A stretch of 64,000 nucleotides of DNA, taken from assembly GCA_963677435.1 (NCBI GenBank), contig OY781945.1:992001-1056000 (forward strand), read 5' to 3'. The stretch's first letter is position 1, and each line of letters begins with the position of its first letter. The translations under genes and the position numbers were made by a program. Positions 62,211-64,000 of this stretch are shown piece by piece. Source of the stretch: an uncultured Aliarcobacter sp. (GTDB lineage: Bacteria; Campylobacterota; Campylobacteria; Campylobacterales; Arcobacteraceae). The notes under the pieces are model-generated. The model worked only from the letters and a program-made list of their open reading frames with translations. It was not told the origin of the DNA and did no database searches.

Positions 62211-63293
62211 TTAAGAGTTTTCAATAATACTCTTAACATCGATTATAATTCCAATACTTCCATCACCTCTTACGGTTGCCCCTGCGACGCTATCTACTTT
62301 TTTAAAGTTTGTTTCGATTGTTTTTAAAACTACTTGTTGTTGTTGTAAAAATTCATCTATAAAAAAGGCTGCTTTTTGTGTTCCTGATTTTACAATTATT
62401 AAAATACCTTGGCTTAACTCTTTTGTTTTTGGAACAATATTTAAATACTCATGTAATCTAATTATTGGAATAAATTCATTTCTTAACATCAATAATGCAG
62501 AACTTCCATCCCCTACAAGTTTTATCATATCTTTGCTTGGTTGAATTGATTCAACAATTGATGAGGTTGGTAAGATAAAAATGTTACTACCAATTTTAAT
62601 ATTTAAACCATCTAAAATAGAGTGGGTTAATGGAACTCTAATAGAAAAAATAAAACCTTCTTCTAAATCAGTTTTAATCTCAATATTTCCATTTAATTTT
62701 TTAACATGCTCTTTTATTTTATGAATATTTTTTAATTGATTGTTTTTTTCAACATCAGAAAAATCATCATCTAAATTTATTTCATCTTTATCTATTCCAA
62801 TTCCATCATCTTCAATACTAATAAAAAATTGACCATTTAATTGTTGAGCTACTATTTTTATAATTGCATCGGCAGTTTTACCTTTATTAGTTCTTTCTTC
62901 TTGAGTCTCTATTCCATATAAAACACTATTTGTAATCAATGTTTTAATAGATGATTCTAAGTGTTCAATTATCGATTTATCTACTTTTGTTTCTCCCCCA
63001 ATAATCTGTAATTTAATTGATTTATTTTCTGGTAAATTTTTTTTAATTAGTTCATTATATATTGAATACATATCTTCAAATTTAATCATTCTAATATCTG
63101 TTGCATAATCTTGAAGTTCAACAATATGTCTTTGAAAAAGAGTAATTTTTTCAAGTAAATTTTTTTTCTCTTCACTACTTGGTAAATTTTCGACACTTTG
63201 TGACATCATAGAATTTGTAATTACTAAATCACCGACTTTGTTTAAAAGTTTTTCTAGTTTTTGTAAATCTACAGTTACATTTGAAGTATTCAT
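62211..63293 (-). CDS. Truncated CheA-like protein (dimerisation, degenerate HATPase and CheW domains; no Hpt)
   Basis: LEKLLNKVGDLVI, IEDDGIGID, VPLTHSILDGL, QQQVVLK, GATVRGDGSIGIIIDV; own RBS AAGG. Confidence 0.85.
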   Translation of the reverse strand: MNTSNVTVDLQKLEKLLNKVGDLVITNSMMSQSVENLPSSEEKKNLLEKITLFQRHIVELQDYATDIRMIKFEDMYSIYNELIKKNLPENKSIKLQIIGGETKVDKSIIEHLESSIKTLITNSVLYGIETQEERTNKGKTADAIIKIVAQQLNGQFFISIEDDGIGIDKDEINLDDDFSDVEKNNQLKNIHKIKEHVKKLNGNIEIKTDLEEGFIFSIRVPLTHSILDGLNIKIGSNIFILPTSSIVESIQPSKDMIKLVGDGSSALLMLRNEFIPIIRLHEYLNIVPKTKELSQGILIIVKSGTQKAAFFIDEFLQQQQVVLKTIETNFKKVDSVAGATVRGDGSIGIIIDVKSIIENS

Positions 63294-63532
63294 CTTTTGC
63301 CTTTTTATTTATATCTTTATCAATAAGTAATTTTACACTTTTTTTTTAATAAACTACATTTTCTTTTGAAAATTTTAAAATATATGATAGTTTATACTTT
63401 TTACTGCATCTTCATAAACAATAAATGATTGTATTATATCAATGTGAGTGATTTGAGAGTTAAATATGAGTAATGTGAGGAAAATAAATTAATTATATTT
63501 TCCTCTTTTATAATTTGAAGATTTAATGGATT

Positions 63533-63931
63533 TTAACTTACTTCTTTAAGTCTTAACTCTTTATATAGTTTTTCATGGATTTCTATCTCTTTTTTAGAAG
63601 CTTTTTTTCTGCAGCTTAGATATCCTTTTGTTCCATCAAAACTTTCAAAGGGATAAACAGTTGCATAAACCCAATAATAACCACCATCTTTTGTGGAATT
63701 TTTCACATAACCTGTCCAAATATTACCTCTTCTTACCGTTTCCCACAAATCATTAAATGCAGCTTTTGGCATATCATTATGTCTAACCATATTGTGAGGT
63801 TTTCCAACTAATTCTTCAATACTAAATTGTGCAATTTTACAAAAATCATTATTTGCAAATCTAATTATTCCTTTTTCATCAGTTTCACTTACTAAAAAAG
63901 CATATTCATCTAAAATTGTTTCATTATTCAT
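63533..63931 (-). CDS. Stand-alone PAS protein (Aer/CetB-like)
   Basis: LVSETDEKGIIRFAN, GKPHNMVRHNDMPKAAFNDLW, VKN..KDGGYYWVYA. ATG 63931 follows AAGGA (track start 63952). Confidence 0.88.
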   Translation of the reverse strand: MNNETILDEYAFLVSETDEKGIIRFANNDFCKIAQFSIEELVGKPHNMVRHNDMPKAAFNDLWETVRRGNIWTGYVKNSTKDGGYYWVYATVYPFESFDGTKGYLSCRKKASKKEIEIHEKLYKELRLKEVS

Positions 63932-63948
63932 TTTGTTTTCCTTTCTAA

Positions 63949-64000
63949 TCAAAGTTTTTTATTTTTTGCTCTATTTACTAATTGTTCAGCCATTTCTTGT
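63949..64000 (-). CDS. 3' end of an upstream gene, possibly an MCP
   Basis: Reads ...QEMAEQLVNRAKNKKL*, resembling the C-termini of MCPs in this window. Confidence 0.45.
   Translation of the reverse strand, partial: QEMAEQLVNRAKNKKL

Noticed and set aside
1..64000. CRISPR arrays, IS elements, prophage, rRNA
   Set aside because: No regularly spaced repeats, or transposase, phage or rRNA-like sequence, were found by reading; repeated DNA is explained by paralogous MCP, kinase and DMT genes.

Overview
Very AT-rich chromosomal segment. Gene content points to Campylobacterota, most likely Arcobacteraceae (inference): stand-alone atpE with a long N-terminal extension, many MCP/EAL/Cache-kinase genes, extended -10 promoters. 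The first 16 kb holds an MscS channel, a 7TM-DISM two-component pair, tRNA-Leu(GAG), an MCP, atpE, an AsmA-like repeat protein, and a Fur-box-preceded imelysin / di-heme / imelysin / desaturase / di-heme peroxidase operon. A nitrate-assimilation set follows (nirBD, nitrate reductase, PP2C-kinase, NarK-type transporter), split into three minus-strand units interleaved with plus-strand MCP/EAL genes and a hipBA islet. Next come tandem Cache histidine kinases, two AraC+DMT modules (one AraC frameshifted), a DAACS symporter, a Fur/Zur-like regulator coupled to nhaA and divergent from ZnuA-like and DUF1007-RcnA fusion genes, and a GNAT. The window ends with a pseudo-receiver regulator, a four-gene operon (two CydA-like proteins each fused to cytochrome c, a thioredoxin-fold protein, a membrane polyferredoxin), an Hpt-less degenerate CheA-like gene and a stand-alone PAS protein. 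The best candidates for an undescribed system are (1) the cytochrome-c-fused CydA-like operon, (2) a 17-bp palindrome at fixed spacing that ties the three nitrate promoters to an EAL-MCP operon, and (3) the pseudo-CheA. No CRISPR array, rRNA, integrase or transposase was seen. All family calls and alignments were made by eye; no searches were run.
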